Part shown: positions 62,889 to 64,000 of the stretch, one piece after another | Layout of the letters: each line of letters begins with the position of its first letter | Numbering within the stretch: position 1 is the stretch's first letter | Assembly (NCBI GenBank): GCA_013265495.1 | Contig: MU058451.1 | Span: 2,351,305 to 2,415,304, forward strand | DNA: 64,000 nt | Direction: 5' to 3' | From: Vicugna vicugna | Taxonomy: Eukaryota | Made by a program: the position numbers and the translations under genes | The notes under the pieces: model-generated | What the model saw: the letters and a program-made list of their open reading frames with translations, nothing else | The model's database searches: none | What the model was told of the DNA's origin: nothing

Positions 62889-64000
62889 TATTGCCATAAA
62901 ACATGAATTTAAAAGACTTCTTGTGATTTTTGTTTGCACCTGTATTGAGGGATATTTTTCTAAACCTGAAGTCAGTGGTGGCAACAGAAAAGGAAAGTGC
63001 AGGTTAGGGTGCATAGGAAGGGTGTCTCGGGGCACTCTTCCCAACTGTACTCGACCATTTACCCATCCACTCTCTTCTTCAACATAGGAAAAGCAGTGAC
63101 AGTCCATGATGAAGTCTTACATCTGAATGGCATTTGACATTTAATTATTTTTAAAGAGAGAAGACTGGAAGACTAACAGACATTCTTTGAAAGGCAGTTC
63201 AATGTCAGTTCAGCTTACTGGGCAGTAGAAGTCCTAGATGGATGGCTGTACACATTCCTGTCCACAGAGGACCGCTTCAGTGACCTTCCCGTCAGGTAGA
63301 CTGTGCTCCCCAGGGGACCATGGGAGCTGCAGTCTGCACAGGTCAGTCATTGTTGGCGCTGGCAGGTGGGTGGCTGGGAAGTGCTCTGGTTGGGAGGACT
63401 TGGTCCTCCCCAGGCTAGAAGAGGAGTGGTTTTGGCAGTTCTTCCAAGCTAGCTCATGCTTCAAGATAGGATTCAGCCTCAAGTGGAGATGGAAATACTT
63501 AGCCAGGCCATCCTACTCAGTGTTTGCAGCATGACACTGGAATTCTGCATGTGCAGACCCACCAAACACATGGCTTGCTGCGGGCAGAAGGGCCGTCTGG
63601 ACCCCATCTCCTTGCACAAAGATGCAGGTCATGAGGCCTGCTGCCTGCTCTGCTTGGGCTGGGTCTGGGACTCACCGCCCTCTAATGGTGGGCAAGTTTC
63701 CTCCTGTCAAAGTTCACAAAGGAGAGGCCACATCAATTTGGAGAATTTAATAGCTTTGGTTTTGGTCAAACTGCTACTCTCGCAGGGGCTGTGCGGCTGA
63801 GGTGGAAGATCTAGGAGCCAGGACAACTGGTCAGGGGTCAAAGGCCAACGTGCCCTTTCTCCAGCCCCAGCAGATGCTGAAGTCTCTTACCAGATCTCCC
63901 TTGACTTGGGAAGGGTGTAGGAAATGTTTCCAATGGGCTCACAGTTCAGGGCAGGAATGAAAGAGAGTCCTCACAGCCCCCAGACAGGTCCCGGGGTGGG

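Overview
This is 64 kb of CpG-depleted, repeat-rich mammalian genomic DNA. It is most likely camelid (alpaca/llama/camel): four copies of a Vic-1-type tRNA-derived SINE are present, and I saw no Alu, Bov-tA or PRE1. I found no credible protein-coding exon or RNA gene, and the ORF track consists of chance ORFs or transposon fossils. Recognisable content is a nested non-autonomous ERV1 with gag/pro remnants, solo LTRs (MLT1, MLT2, and a CCAAT/octamer-rich LTR), L1, L2, CR1 and MIR fragments, and hAT and Tc1/mariner fossils. Several repeat-poor islands carry dense transcription-factor motifs (about 31-34 kb and 58-60 kb), consistent with an intergenic or large-intron regulatory region. The most notable structures are a TSD-flanked, polyadenylated insertion that looks like an L1 3' transduction with 5' inversion; an apparently perfect 387-bp tandem duplication overlapping it; a perfect 30-bp copy of an old LTR segment 1 kb away; and a TATA box plus splice donor suggesting a first exon at about 58.6 kb. 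I could not identify the host locus and found no evidence for a new multi-gene system. Repeat family names come from visual recognition and most boundaries are approximate.
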